NCBI GenBank assembly: GCA_963702935.1
Contig: OY969772.1
Coordinates: 2,588,615-2,652,614, forward strand
Length of the DNA stretch: 64,000 nucleotides
From: an uncultured Chloroflexia bacterium
GTDB taxonomy: Bacteria; Chloroflexota; Anaerolineae; Anaerolineales; Anaerolineaceae
Reading direction: 5' to 3'
Positions 47,070-57,800 of the stretch are shown piece by piece. A model generated the notes under the pieces. It was not told the origin of the DNA, did no database searches, and was given only the letters and a program-made list of their open reading frames with translations. Made by a program: the position numbers and the translations under genes. Positions within the stretch are counted from its first letter, which is position 1; each line of letters opens with the position of its first letter.

Positions 47070-47786
47070 ATGCAGATTACACTTAAAGTTTACCGTTTCG
47101 ATCCGGAGAAAGACGAGAAGGGCCACTACGACAGCTTCAAATTGGAGGCCGAGCCTTCTGAGCGCGTGTTAGACTTATTGGAAAATGTGAAGGGGTATCA
47201 GGATGGCTCTCTCACCTTCCGCCGCTCGTGCGCGCACGGTGTTTGCGGCTCGGATGCCATGCGCATCAACGGCCACAATTATCTGGCCTGTAAAGTGCTG
47301 GTGAGAGACCTGGATTTGCGCTCGGGCGAAATCACGGTCGAGCCGATCCTGGGCCTGCGGGTGATCAAGGATCTGATCGTTGACCTGGAGCCTTTCTTCG
47401 CGGCCTATCGTTCCGTGCAGCCTTACCTGGTCAACGACGAGCCGCAGCCCGAAGGGGGCAAGGAGCGCCTGCAAAGCCCGGCGCAGCGGGAGCGTTTTGA
47501 CGACACCACCAAGTGTATCCTTTGCGCGGCCTGTACGACGGCCTGCCCGCCGTACTGGTCGAACAATCGCTACGTTGGCCCGGCCGCCATCGTGAATGCG
47601 CACCGCTTCATCTTCGACAGCCGTGACCGGGGCGCAGCGGAGCGCCTGAACATCCTCAACGACCGGGACGGGGTGTGGCGCTGCCGCACGGCCTTCAATT
47701 GCACCGAGGCCTGCCCGCGTGGCATCCTGATTACCAAAGCCATCGCTGAAGTCAAACACGCCCTTCAAACCGGTAGCCTGGAGTGA
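47070..47786 (+). CDS. sdhB: succinate dehydrogenase iron-sulfur subunit
   Basis: SCAHGVCGSDAMRING, CILCAACTTACP and CRTAFNCTEACP cluster motifs. Confidence 0.95.
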   Translation: MQITLKVYRFDPEKDEKGHYDSFKLEAEPSERVLDLLENVKGYQDGSLTFRRSCAHGVCGSDAMRINGHNYLACKVLVRDLDLRSGEITVEPILGLRVIKDLIVDLEPFFAAYRSVQPYLVNDEPQPEGGKERLQSPAQRERFDDTTKCILCAACTTACPPYWSNNRYVGPAAIVNAHRFIFDSRDRGAAERLNILNDRDGVWRCRTAFNCTEACPRGILITKAIAEVKHALQTGSLE

Positions 47787-47856
47787 GCCAGCAACTACTT
47801 CCCCTGGAATGGGTGAACGCCAATCATTCACTTCGGTCAGGAAAGGTAACGCGCGT

Positions 47857-50343
47857 ATGCGCTTATCCATTAACTCTTCATCGATTCTAACGACTTTATT
47901 CACCCCTCTCCTCTCAGTCTGGTTGAAGTGGTACGGCCGGTCGAACACGCCGAAGGTCGAAGGCACTTTGCGCCTGGAGGAGTTGCAATTCCCGGTCGAA
48001 GTTCTGCGCGATCGTTGGGGCGTTCCCCACATTTTTGCCGAGAATATCCACGACATGCTGCTTACCCAGGGCTACGTGCACGCCCAGGATCGCCTGTGGC
48101 AGATGGACTTCCAGAGGCGCCTGGCGGCCGGGCGGTTGGCCGAAGTGCTGGGAGCAGAGGCGCTGCCGGTGGATCGTTGGATGCGCACCCTGGGGCTGCG
48201 CCGCGTGGCGGAGCGCGAGCCGGCGCAGCTGTATAAGCGCAACCTGGGGTATTTGGAAGCCTACGCGGAGGGCGTCAATCTGTTCATGCGCACTGAGCGC
48301 TTGCCGGCCGAGTTCACTCTGTTAGGCTATAAGCCGGAGCCCTGGACGCTCGCCGATTCGCTGTCCTGGGCGAAGGTGGTGGCCTGGTGCCTCTCCGTGA
48401 ATTGGGAAAGCGAGCTGCTGCGTACCGCTTTGATCGAGCGCCTGGGGGAGTCAATGGCAGCCGGGCTGGAGCCTCCCCGCCTGGAACGCTGGCCGGTCAT
48501 CCTGCCCAAAGAGCGCACGCCCGAGAACATCCTGCCCCCCTCTGACGATACCCTGCCTTTGGAAATGTTAGGAGATCCCCCGGATCTGGATGCGTTGCGG
48601 AAGGCCGAAGAAGCGCGCCGGTTCACCGGGCCGCCGACCTCGTCTGGCCTGGGGAGCAATGGCTGGGTGGTGAGCGGCAAATTCTCGACTACGGGCAAGC
48701 CCATCCTGGCCAACGATATGCACCTCAGCCTGGGGGCGCCCAGCATCTGGTATGAGAACCACATCGTAGGGGGAGACATCCACGCCGCCGGCGTCACTTT
48801 CCCCGGCGTGCCGGGCGTCGTGGCCGGCCATAATGGGAATGTCGCCTGGGGCATCACCAACGGCTTCGCGGACGTGCAAGACCTGTATCTGGAGCGCCTG
48901 CGCACCGGCTCATCCGGGAGCCTGCAATATGAGTTCAAAGGCGAGTGGCGCGAGGCAGAGGTGCGCCGGGAAGTCATCCGCGTCAAGGGCCAGGAGTCGG
49001 TCGAGGTCGCGGTGGTGGGCACCTGCCACGGCCCCGTGTTGAGCGATCTGCCCGCGGATCTGGGCGGCGGGAAGACGCCTGTGGCCCTGCGCTGGACTTC
49101 CTTTGAGCCGGACGGGATGCTGAACGGCTTGTTCGGCATGTTGCGTGCCACCAACTGCAAGATGTTTCAGGAGATGCTGCGCGATTGGGCGGGGCCGGTG
49201 GTCAACGTGGTGTGCGCTGATACGCAGGGCAACATCGGCTACAGCTACGCCGGCAGGATACCGGTGCGCGCTAAAGGCGACGGCCGTTTGCCTGTGCCGG
49301 GTTGGAGTGGGGAGTACGAGTGGAGTGGAAACGTCCCGTTCGAAGAATTGCCGCGCCTGTTCAACCCTCCGCAGGGGTACATCGTGACGGCCAACAACGA
49401 CCTGGGCGTGGCAGATTTTCCCTACCCCATCGGGAACGAGTTCTGCGCCGGCGACCGCGCCCAACGCATCGTGGAATTGCTGGAAAGCCGGGGCTCTCTG
49501 AACCTGGCCGTGACCAAAGAGATGCAGTTGGATCAGGTGTCTACTTCGGCGAGAGCCGTGGCGCAGGTCCTGGGCCAACTGGCCGTAGATGGCCCCGACC
49601 TCCAGGCGGTCGTGGAGCTGATGAAAGCCTGGGATGCGCATCTCTCGGCCAATTCTCCGGCGGCTGCGCTGTACGAGGTCTTCATCCGCCAGTTGATCCA
49701 AAAGCTGCTGTCCACCCGCCTGGGCGAGCTGACCCTGAGGGCGGCCGGCAAGGAAGCCGCGCCGCTGCCCGAGGTCGGCAGCATGTTCGGCGATAAGCTC
49801 ATGACCTGGCTGTTGGTGATCCTGGAAGACGCGCAGTCCCCCTGGTACGACCTGGGCGGAGGCGAAGATCGCGATACGGTCTTCAGGCAGGTGCTGGGAG
49901 AGAGCGTGGAGCTTTTGCGCGCCCGCTGCGGGCCGCGCATCGAAGACTGGTCGTGGGGGAAGCTGCACACGCTGACTTTTGCGCACCTGTTGGGCAGCGT
50001 CCCCGGGTTGGAGCAGGTTTACAATCGCGGGCCTTTCCCGGTGGGTGGAGACGCCTCCACCATCTGGGCCCTGTCCAAGCCCCTGTACAGCCTGGACGGC
50101 GCAGAGACCGTCGGGCCGCCTTACCGCTTCATCGCCGACCTGGGCGACTTGAGCCGTTCCCAAAGCGTATTGGTGCCCGGCCAATCGGGCCGCGCCGGGA
50201 GCCGCCATTACGATGACCAGATCCAGGCCTGGTTTAGCGGCGACACCCACACCCTGCTCTTTACGCGCGAGCAAGTAGACAGCGCCCTGGAAAGCCGCTT
50301 GATCTTGATCCCCCGCGAGACGGAAGAAATGAAGACCGGCTGA
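47857..50343 (+). CDS. penicillin acylase family (S45 Ntn-hydrolase) protein
   Basis: DRLWQMD, GSNGWVVSG (Ser nucleophile after the spacer) and ANDMHL. About 830 aa. ATG 47857 is preferred over the track start 47809. Confidence 0.85.
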   Translation: MRLSINSSSILTTLFTPLLSVWLKWYGRSNTPKVEGTLRLEELQFPVEVLRDRWGVPHIFAENIHDMLLTQGYVHAQDRLWQMDFQRRLAAGRLAEVLGAEALPVDRWMRTLGLRRVAEREPAQLYKRNLGYLEAYAEGVNLFMRTERLPAEFTLLGYKPEPWTLADSLSWAKVVAWCLSVNWESELLRTALIERLGESMAAGLEPPRLERWPVILPKERTPENILPPSDDTLPLEMLGDPPDLDALRKAEEARRFTGPPTSSGLGSNGWVVSGKFSTTGKPILANDMHLSLGAPSIWYENHIVGGDIHAAGVTFPGVPGVVAGHNGNVAWGITNGFADVQDLYLERLRTGSSGSLQYEFKGEWREAEVRREVIRVKGQESVEVAVVGTCHGPVLSDLPADLGGGKTPVALRWTSFEPDGMLNGLFGMLRATNCKMFQEMLRDWAGPVVNVVCADTQGNIGYSYAGRIPVRAKGDGRLPVPGWSGEYEWSGNVPFEELPRLFNPPQGYIVTANNDLGVADFPYPIGNEFCAGDRAQRIVELLESRGSLNLAVTKEMQLDQVSTSARAVAQVLGQLAVDGPDLQAVVELMKAWDAHLSANSPAAALYEVFIRQLIQKLLSTRLGELTLRAAGKEAAPLPEVGSMFGDKLMTWLLVILEDAQSPWYDLGGGEDRDTVFRQVLGESVELLRARCGPRIEDWSWGKLHTLTFAHLLGSVPGLEQVYNRGPFPVGGDASTIWALSKPLYSLDGAETVGPPYRFIADLGDLSRSQSVLVPGQSGRAGSRHYDDQIQAWFSGDTHTLLFTREQVDSALESRLILIPRETEEMKTG

Positions 50344-50391
50344 CCGGCCCTCAGCGACCCGTAATCCGACTATTGATATCTACATTGGCAA

Positions 50392-50447
50392 GAAGTGACA
50401 GGTGTCCCTAGTGAATCGGGGACACCTGCCACTTCTTTTTTTCTCTG
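50392..50447 (+). terminator. intrinsic terminator after the acylase gene
   Basis: gaagtgacaggtgtccc-tagtgaatc-ggggacacctgccacttc followed by TTTTTTT. Confidence 0.75.
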
Positions 50448-50525
50448 CAATCCGTAAAATGGACAATGTAAGTTGGATTTGTCGATTGTACATAACCTAA
50501 ATGAATGGATCGAGGAGAATCTCAA

Positions 50526-51143
50526 ATGTCTAATGCAGTAGTGACCCGCAAGGGCAACGTCGTTCAGGAACCTGCTTTTATCAAGTGGTTGTTCAACAGC
50601 CCTTTGGCCGGCTGGGTTTGGCTGATCCCCCGTCTTTGGCTGGGCTGGCAATGGATCCAGGCTTCTGAGCACAAGATCTCGGACCCCGCCTGGGTACAGA
50701 CCGGCACGGCTCTCAAGGGCTTTTGGGTGAGTGCGCTGACCATCCCCGCCAGCGGAAAATCCGTCATCGCTTTTACCTGGTATCGCAATTTCTTGCAGAT
50801 GATGCTGGATTCCGGCTCTTACACCTGGTTTGCCAAGGTGGTAGCTTACGGTGAATTACTGGTCGGCATTGGCCTGATCGTGGGCGCCTTCACCGGGATT
50901 GCGGCCCTCTTCGGCGGGCTGATGAACTGGAACTTCATGATGGCTGGCTCGGCCAGCACCAACCCGCTGCTCTTCGCGGTAGCCATCGGCCTCATCCTGG
51001 CCTGGAAGGTATCCGGCTACGTGGGCGCGGACTACTTCCTGCTGCGCTGGATCGGCACGCCCTGGAAGAATACAGAGCAAGACACAGAAAATTTACCCAG
51101 GGTGGGGGTTCCCCAACCGGGCGCGGCTCACGCCGGCGACTGA
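50526..51143 (+). CDS. DoxX/DoxD-like family membrane protein
   Basis: Four TM helices with the WVWLIPRLWLGWQWIQASEHK pattern. ATG 50526 follows GAGGAG. Confidence 0.65.
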   Translation: MSNAVVTRKGNVVQEPAFIKWLFNSPLAGWVWLIPRLWLGWQWIQASEHKISDPAWVQTGTALKGFWVSALTIPASGKSVIAFTWYRNFLQMMLDSGSYTWFAKVVAYGELLVGIGLIVGAFTGIAALFGGLMNWNFMMAGSASTNPLLFAVAIGLILAWKVSGYVGADYFLLRWIGTPWKNTEQDTENLPRVGVPQPGAAHAGD

Positions 51144-51164
51144 GTAGAAAACACTTCTTCTCCT

Positions 51165-51209
51165 AAAAAAGAAACTAACGCTTCCTGTATACAGGAAGCG
51201 TTAGTTTCT
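51165..51209. terminator. bidirectional stem-loop terminator between convergent genes
   Basis: aaaaaagaaactaacgcttcctg-tata-caggaagcgttagtttct, with an A-run on one side and T-rich sequence on the other. Confidence 0.7.
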
Positions 51210-51211
51210 GA

Positions 51212-51877
51212 TTATTCGTCTCCTCGCAGGCGCTCGCTGAGGTGGTGCTCGATGGCGAAGGTCGCCAGCTCGATGCGGTTGTTCAATTGCAGCTTTTCGA
51301 GCACCGAGCTGATGTAATTGCGCACCGTCTTTTCGCTCAGGTTGAGGACCAGCCCGATCTCGGCGTTGGTCTTGCCACGCGCCACCTGGACGAGCACGTC
51401 CAGCTCCCGGTCAGAGAGATCGCTGAAGGCATTTTCCTCCGCTTTCCGCTCGGCTTCTCGCACCCGCGAAAGCAGCCGGGCGGTGGTGGAAGGATCCAGC
51501 AGGGCTTCCCCGCGGGCCGCCGCCGAGATGGCGCGCAACAGCTCTTCGTTGCCCACTTGCTTGAGCACGTAGCCGACCGCCCCGGCGCGGATGGAGCGCA
51601 CTACCAGCTCGTCGTCGGCGTAAGAGCTGAGGATGACGACCCGCGATTCCGGAAATCTGGCGGTGATCTGCTGGGTAGCTTCTATGCCGCCTTCTCCCGG
51701 CAAGCGGATGTCCATCAGGATGACGTCGGGCCGCAGGCTTTCCACCGCGCGCACCGCGTCGGCGGCCGTGCCGGCCTCGCCAACTACTTCCATATCTGAT
51801 TGATCGTTGATCAGGGTGAGTAAGCCCAGACGGACGATTTCATGGTCATCGACAAGAAGGACTTTTATTTTGCTCAT
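51212..51877 (-). CDS. NarL/LuxR-family response regulator
   Basis: KVLLVDDHEIVRLGL, DVILMDIRLPG and LSDRELDVLVQVARGKTNAEIGLVLNLSEKTVRNYISSVLEKL. Confidence 0.9.
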   Translation of the reverse strand: MSKIKVLLVDDHEIVRLGLLTLINDQSDMEVVGEAGTAADAVRAVESLRPDVILMDIRLPGEGGIEATQQITARFPESRVVILSSYADDELVVRSIRAGAVGYVLKQVGNEELLRAISAAARGEALLDPSTTARLLSRVREAERKAEENAFSDLSDRELDVLVQVARGKTNAEIGLVLNLSEKTVRNYISSVLEKLQLNNRIELATFAIEHHLSERLRGDE

Positions 51878-53280
51878 CGCTCATCTACCAGGGGGATGTC
51901 TAAACTGACCAGCGCGCCTTTCCCGTTAGGGCTGCTGATTTCCAATTGGCCGCCAAGCAGCCGGGCGCGGTCGCGCATATTGCGCAGGCCGTAGCCCGCC
52001 TGGAACTTGCGGGGAATGCCGACGCCGTCGTCCTGAACGGTCACCTTCAGGCGGCCCTGCTCCGTTCGGGCGCAGATCTTCACATTCCCTGCGCGGGCGT
52101 GCCTGATCACGTTGGACAGGGCCTCGTTGACCACGGAGACCACGTGCTCGGCGCGCACCGGCGAGAGCACATCGATGCCCTCCAGGTCTGTGGTCAGGGT
52201 CACGTCTACCAACGAGCGAAAGCGCGGGTCTTCGGCCAGCTTGCGCAGCAATTCGGGCAGCGGATCTTCGCTGGGATTGACGTGCAGGTCGCTGAGGTTC
52301 TGGCGCAAATCGGTGATGGCGTCGTGTAAGACGTTTACGGCTCTCTCCAGGCGATTGGTCAGCTCCTCGCTGCCGTTCGAGGCCAGCTTTTGTGCCGACT
52401 GCACCAGCAGGCCGGCGGTGTAGACCTTTTGGATAGCGCCGTCGTGCAGCTCGCGCGCCAGGCGCTCGTGCTCGCTGGCCAGCACCTGCTGTTGCTGCAT
52501 GGCTTCGATCATGCGGGCCGTCTCCACGTTGAATATTTCCAGCCCGCGGATGATGGCTACCAGCAGAGCCAGCCCGATGATCGAGCGGAAAACCGGCGGG
52601 GGAATCCCCAGGGCAGCCGTGAAGACCTGGCTGTTGATCACGTTGCCGGGAAAGAACGGGATCGGATCGACCAGGAGTCCGCTGAAGATGGCGTATAAGC
52701 CCAGCATAATGCCGGCAAAGCGCAGCATATTGACGATATCCGGTACGTTCAGCGGCGTGATGCGATGATAGGTATGCTTGCGCAGGCCATAACCGGCCAA
52801 AAAACCGCCGGGAACGCAGATGAAGTAACGCGCCAGCGCATCGGACACGTTTGTCCACACGTTGAAATCCGGCAGCAGAATGGGCAGCGGGAAATAAACC
52901 ACGAAGATCCAGACGGCCAGCAGGGCCGGAGGAAGCAGATGCAGCCAGCGCATGCGGCCCAAAGGCCGCAGCAGGGCCACCCCAAATTCGAACAGAAACG
53001 CGAACGAGACGGCCAGGAGCAAGAGGTGCAGCCTGTGCAAGAGCTCGACGATGCCGGGACTCAAATAGGCCGCCTGTATGGGGATGAAGAAATCGCCCCA
53101 TTCGTGCAGCCCATGGGCGAATCCGAAGGCCGCCAGCCAGCTCAAGCTGCGCGCCAGGTCGAGGCGTGAATAACTGCGGGATTGCAGGGCGATCACCGCT
53201 CCCAGGAGGAAGAAAACCAGCCCATAGATAAAGTAAACCAGAACTTTGTTGACTTCGAAGAACGTGCTGATCGTTTCCAT
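51874..53280 (-). CDS. polytopic sensor histidine kinase (HisKA_3/HATPase_c)
   Basis: About seven N-terminal TM helices, ERLARELHDGAIQKV H-box, EALSNVIRHA and DDGVGIP...GYGLRNMRDRA. ATGA overlap with the regulator gene. Confidence 0.9.
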   Translation of the reverse strand: METISTFFEVNKVLVYFIYGLVFFLLGAVIALQSRSYSRLDLARSLSWLAAFGFAHGLHEWGDFFIPIQAAYLSPGIVELLHRLHLLLLAVSFAFLFEFGVALLRPLGRMRWLHLLPPALLAVWIFVVYFPLPILLPDFNVWTNVSDALARYFICVPGGFLAGYGLRKHTYHRITPLNVPDIVNMLRFAGIMLGLYAIFSGLLVDPIPFFPGNVINSQVFTAALGIPPPVFRSIIGLALLVAIIRGLEIFNVETARMIEAMQQQQVLASEHERLARELHDGAIQKVYTAGLLVQSAQKLASNGSEELTNRLERAVNVLHDAITDLRQNLSDLHVNPSEDPLPELLRKLAEDPRFRSLVDVTLTTDLEGIDVLSPVRAEHVVSVVNEALSNVIRHARAGNVKICARTEQGRLKVTVQDDGVGIPRKFQAGYGLRNMRDRARLLGGQLEISSPNGKGALVSLDIPLVDER

Positions 53281-53332
53281 AGGAATGAGAGAATTATACC
53301 TTTAATTGACTGGATTAAAATCCCTGAGAGGC

Positions 53333-53348
53333 ATTGGTTAAAACCAAT
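53333..53348. promoter_or_regulatory. inverted repeat ATTGGTT-aa-AACCAAT in the divergent promoter region
   Basis: 7-bp perfect arms in the 138-bp region between the kinase gene and the DUF2807 gene. The size suits a dimeric HTH regulator. Confidence 0.3.
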
Positions 53349-53418
53349 CCAATATGATATAACTGAGGTGTTTGTGAGATGAATTGTTATCGGGGGTGTT
53401 TGGAGGAGGGAGCATAAG

Positions 53419-54072
53419 ATGGCAATCGTAAGCGAAGCCCGTGAAGTGAGAGGTTTTGACGAAATTTCCCTGGAGGGGTTTGGGCATTTGTACGTCGAGC
53501 AAGGGGACGTGGAAGGTCTGACCATCGAAGCCGACCAGGAGCTGCTGCCCCACATCAAGACCGAGGTAGTCAACGGCCGGCTGGTCATCGGCTACAAGAG
53601 CTGGTTGGACCGTATCTTGCTGTTGCCTTCCGCAGATCGAAAAGCTGATTTTCACGTGAAAATGAAGGCGATCAAAGCCGTGCGCATTTCCGGATTGGGG
53701 ACGCTGGACGCCGCACGCATCCACAGCGGGCAGTTGGCCCTGGATGCCAGCGGCTCGGGTGAGTTTCGCATCGCCGAGCTGCAAGCCGATGAGCTGCAAG
53801 TAACCGTTTCCGGCTCGGGACGCTACAAGCTGGCCGGCAACGTGAGCCGGCAGTCGTTGAACGTGAGCGGCGCCAGCCAGGTGGACGCCCTGGACCTGGC
53901 CAGCCAGCAGGCCGTAGTGCGCATCAGTGGGACGGCCGAGGTGAACATCCACGTTCAGCAGAGCCTCGACTTGCACATCAGCGGCTCCGCCAAAGTGCGC
54001 TACCAGGGCAGCCCGCAAATGACGCAATCCATCTCGGGCATCGGGCAGGTGGAGAGGGTCGAAGGCCACTAG
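53419..54072 (+). CDS. DUF2807 (GIN/putative adhesin head) domain protein
   Basis: REVRGFDEISLEGFGHLYVEQGD...LTIEADQELLPHIKTEVVNGRLVIGY...SGSGEFRI...SGSGRYKL...SGASQVDA...SGTAEVNI...SGSAKVRY. This is the repeating beta-helix pattern of the family. Confidence 0.75.
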   Translation: MAIVSEAREVRGFDEISLEGFGHLYVEQGDVEGLTIEADQELLPHIKTEVVNGRLVIGYKSWLDRILLLPSADRKADFHVKMKAIKAVRISGLGTLDAARIHSGQLALDASGSGEFRIAELQADELQVTVSGSGRYKLAGNVSRQSLNVSGASQVDALDLASQQAVVRISGTAEVNIHVQQSLDLHISGSAKVRYQGSPQMTQSISGIGQVERVEGH

Positions 54073-54099
54073 AGCGGGTCTTCGTGGGGAGGTGTGAGG

Positions 54100-54759
54100 A
54101 TGAATACTGGAAAAGCTCAAAACGAGATCGCCTTGATCGCCGGCCTGGTACTGGTGGCCCTGGGGCTGATCTTCCTGTTCGGCCAGGTATTTTCCGTTCC
54201 TCTGGGCCACTACCTGTGGCCCTTCTTCATTATCTTTCCCGGCCTGGCTTTCTTCGCCGGCATGGCCCTGGGCGGGAAGGCGGCTGCGCCGCTGGCCATT
54301 CCGGGCAGCATCATCACCATGACCGGGGTCGTCCTGTTTTTCCAGAACGCTTTCGACCTATGGGCAAGCTGGGCTTACGCCTGGGCCTTGATCTTCCCGA
54401 CCGCGGTGGGGCTGGGTCTGTACATTCTGGGCCAGCGTATCGGCGATCCAAACCTGCGCAAGGTTGGCGCGCGCATGGCGCAAGTAGGCGTGATCCTTTT
54501 CCTGGTTTTCGGCGCCTTTTTCGAGTTCATTTTCTTCCTGAGCGGGGCGCGCCAGGGGGCGGCCGCCCGGCTGGTCTGGCCGGTGTTGTTGATCTTGTTG
54601 GGGCTTTACCTGCTCTTTTCCCGCGGAGCGGCTTTCAAAGCGCGCCGGGAAACGCCTCCTGCGGTGGTGGACGTCGCCCCTTCGGCGGAACTCCCCGGAG
54701 CCGGATGCGACGGATCATTTGCCGCCGTCAGCTTGACCTTGCCAGATTGGAAAGTTTAA
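54100..54759 (+). CDS. polytopic membrane protein (LiaF/LiaI-like TM region?), hypothetical
   Basis: Six or so TM helices. ATG 54100 lies 7 nt after GGAGG. The overlapping ORF 54084..54857 is an Arg/Gly/Pro-rich shadow. Confidence 0.65.
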   Translation: MNTGKAQNEIALIAGLVLVALGLIFLFGQVFSVPLGHYLWPFFIIFPGLAFFAGMALGGKAAAPLAIPGSIITMTGVVLFFQNAFDLWASWAYAWALIFPTAVGLGLYILGQRIGDPNLRKVGARMAQVGVILFLVFGAFFEFIFFLSGARQGAAARLVWPVLLILLGLYLLFSRGAAFKARRETPPAVVDVAPSAELPGAGCDGSFAAVSLTLPDWKV

Positions 54760-54865
54760 AGTATAGTCACCCAAACGTTTCATGCGCTGGACGTTCCGGC
54801 GAATTGTGCGTTAAACGGATAGATCCATTTCAAGACCAACTCGATGCCTGGAAATAACACAAGCT

Positions 54866-57800
54866 ATGTTATCCGAAACCGAACCCCAAAAATCGTGGCT
54901 TGATCGCCCTATCTCCTCTTTCCTGCCGGCGCTCAATGTGGAGACGCTGATCATCGTCCTCATCCTTGTCCTGGCGGTATTCAGCCGCCTGTATATCCTC
55001 GGCGACCGGGTGATGAGCCATGACGAGACCAACCACGTCGTGCCTTCCTGGGAGTTGTTCCAGGGCCAGGGGTATCGCCACGATCCCGTGACCCACGGCC
55101 CGCTCCAGTTTCACCTGATCGCCTTCACTTTCTTCCTGCTGGGCGATAGCGATTTTACCGCCCGCCTGCCAGCGGCGATCTTTAGCATCGCGGCGGTGGC
55201 GGCTGCGCTGTTCTTGTTCCGGCGCTACCTGGGGCGTATTGGCTCTTTGCTGGCCGGCTTCATGTTCCTCATCTCGCCGTACATGCTCTTTTATGGGCGC
55301 TATACGCGCAACGAGGCCTTCATCGAGCTGTTTGGGGTGGTGATGTTGTTCTCGATGCTGGCCTATCTGGAAAAAGGCCAGAAGCGTTACCTGTACCTGT
55401 TTACCCTGACGTTGGTCTTGCACTTCACCGCCAAGGAGACCGCCTACATTTATGCGGCTGAAGCGCTGCTCTTCCTCATCTTGCTGTTGCTCGAGCGCGT
55501 GACGCGCATCTCCTGGCCCCACGCGGAATTCCTGCGCCCCTTCATCTTTTCTGCAATTGCGGGAATGCTCTTGATCGGGGCAGTGCTGGGAATCGGGGCG
55601 ATGACGCACAAGACGGTCGAGGCTCCGGCGGCTACGGCTTCCCCCAGCCCAACGCTCCCCTCGGCGGGGACGACTTCGCTGCTGAGCCAGAACCTGCTGC
55701 CGCTCGCGCTGACGGCTCTGGCGTTGGTGGCCCTGCTGGCGGCCCTGTATTTCCTGGTGCGCGGCCTGTCGCTGGCTCGCATTCGCCAGGAGCGCTCCTT
55801 CGATCTCCTGATCCTGCTCGGCACGCTGGTCTTGCCGCTCCTGGCGCCCTTGCCGATCAAGCTGCTGGGTTTCGACCCGTTGGATTATTCCAGCCTGGGT
55901 ATCCTGCGCACGGGGATCACCGTGCTGGTGCTGGCCGCCATCGCGGCGGCCGTCGGGTTGTGGTGGAACCCGCGCCTCTGGCTGGGCAACGCGGCCATGT
56001 TCTATGACCATCTTTATCGTGCTGTTCACCACCTTCTTTACCAACGGCATGGGCTTTGTGACCGGCCTGGTGGGAGCCTTGGGCTATTGGCTGTCCCAAC
56101 AGGGGGTGGAGCGCGGCAGCCAGCCGATCTATTACTTCGCGCTGATCCAGGTCCCCATGTATGAATACCTGCCGGCCCTGGGCGCGCTTCTGGCGATCTT
56201 CTACGTGCTGCGGGATTGGCTGCGCAGGTCTCGCGCCGAGCGGGCCGCACTCAGCCTGGAACTGGACGACCCGCAAGACGCCGGGGAACCCGAGATGGGG
56301 GATGGCATCTCCGGGATCGCCGCGTTGCAAGAGCCGGACGTTCCTTCGGAATACGAGCCGGACGAGATTCAGCCCGCCGCGCCGCTGGTGCAGAAGCCGC
56401 CCGTGATCGGCTTGCTGATCTTCTGGTCGATCTCCAGCCTGGTGGCCTTTAGCGTGGCCGGCGAGAAGATGCCCTGGCTCACCGTGCACATTGCCCTGCC
56501 GATGATCCTGGCGGCCGGCTGGTCGTTCGGTCGCCTGATCGAGAGCACCGATTGGGCCAAAGTGCGCGAGCACAGAGCCTGGCTGGTGATCCTGCTGCTG
56601 CCGGTGTTCTTTGCCAGCCTGGGCGGCGTCTTCGCTTCCCTCCTGGGCACGGCGCTTCCCTTCCAGGGCAACGATCTCACCCAGCTCCAGGCGACGGCCA
56701 CCTTTCTGACTTCGGCGGCCGTGGTGTTGCTGAGCGCCTGGGGCCTGTTCAGCCTGCTCAAAGACTGGCCGGGGCACGTCGTGCGGCACGTCTTCGCCCT
56801 GGCCTTGCTGGCCGTTCTGGCCGTCCTGACCATCCACGCTTCGATCCTGGCCAACTACATCAATTACGACACGGCGGAAGAGTATCTGGTCTACGCCCAC
56901 GCGGCGCGCGGCCCCAAGGACATCCTGGCGCAGATCGAGGAGATCTCGAAGCGCACCACCGGCGGGTTAGACATCGCCGTGGCCTACGACAACGAAAGCC
57001 TGTATCCCTTCTGGTGGTATTTGCGCGATTACCCCAATAAGGTCTGGTACACCGACCAGCCCACGCGCGAGCTGCGCAACGATCCCATCATTCTGGTGGG
57101 AGAGGGCAACTACAGTAAAGTCGAGCCGATCGTAGGGGACGCCTACGACGTGTTCGAGTATACGCGGCTGTGGTGGCCCAACCAGGATTACTTCAACCTG
57201 ACCTGGGACCGCCTGTGGGGTGCGATTGCCAACCCTGCCATGCGCTCGGCCATCTTCCAGATCTGGCTCAATCACGATTACACCCAATATGCCCAGGTGA
57301 CCAACGACCCCAACCTGACGCTGACTACCTGGCAGCCTTCCAATAAGATGCGCATGTACATCCGCAAGGACATCGTCGCGCAGATCTGGAACTACGGCGT
57401 TGCGCCGAGCTCGCAAGCGGCCGTCGTCGCCGACCCCTATGCGCAGGGCACCATCAGCTTGAGCGCCGACCAGATCATCGGCAGCGCGGGCACCCAGCCC
57501 GGCCAGTTCCAGTCTCAGCGCGGCATCGCCTTCGCCCCGGACGGTAGCCTTTACGTAGCCGATACGAACAACAACCGCATCCAGCATCTTTCGCCGGATG
57601 GCAAGCTCCTCCAGGAATGGGGCACCTTCGGGGACACCAGCACCGGCCAGGCAGTGCCCGGAGGGCAGTTCAACCAGCCCTGGGGAGTGGCCGTTGGGCC
57701 GGATGGCTCGGTGTATGTCGCCGACACCTGGAATAACCGCATCCAAAAGTTTACCGCCGACGGCAAGTTCGTCCAGATGTGGGGCTACTTCGGCCAGGCC

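Noticed and set aside
48910-50274. 454-aa minus-strand ORF (and 48327..49160) across the acylase gene
   Set aside because: Antisense shadows with low-complexity Arg/Gly/Pro/His composition.
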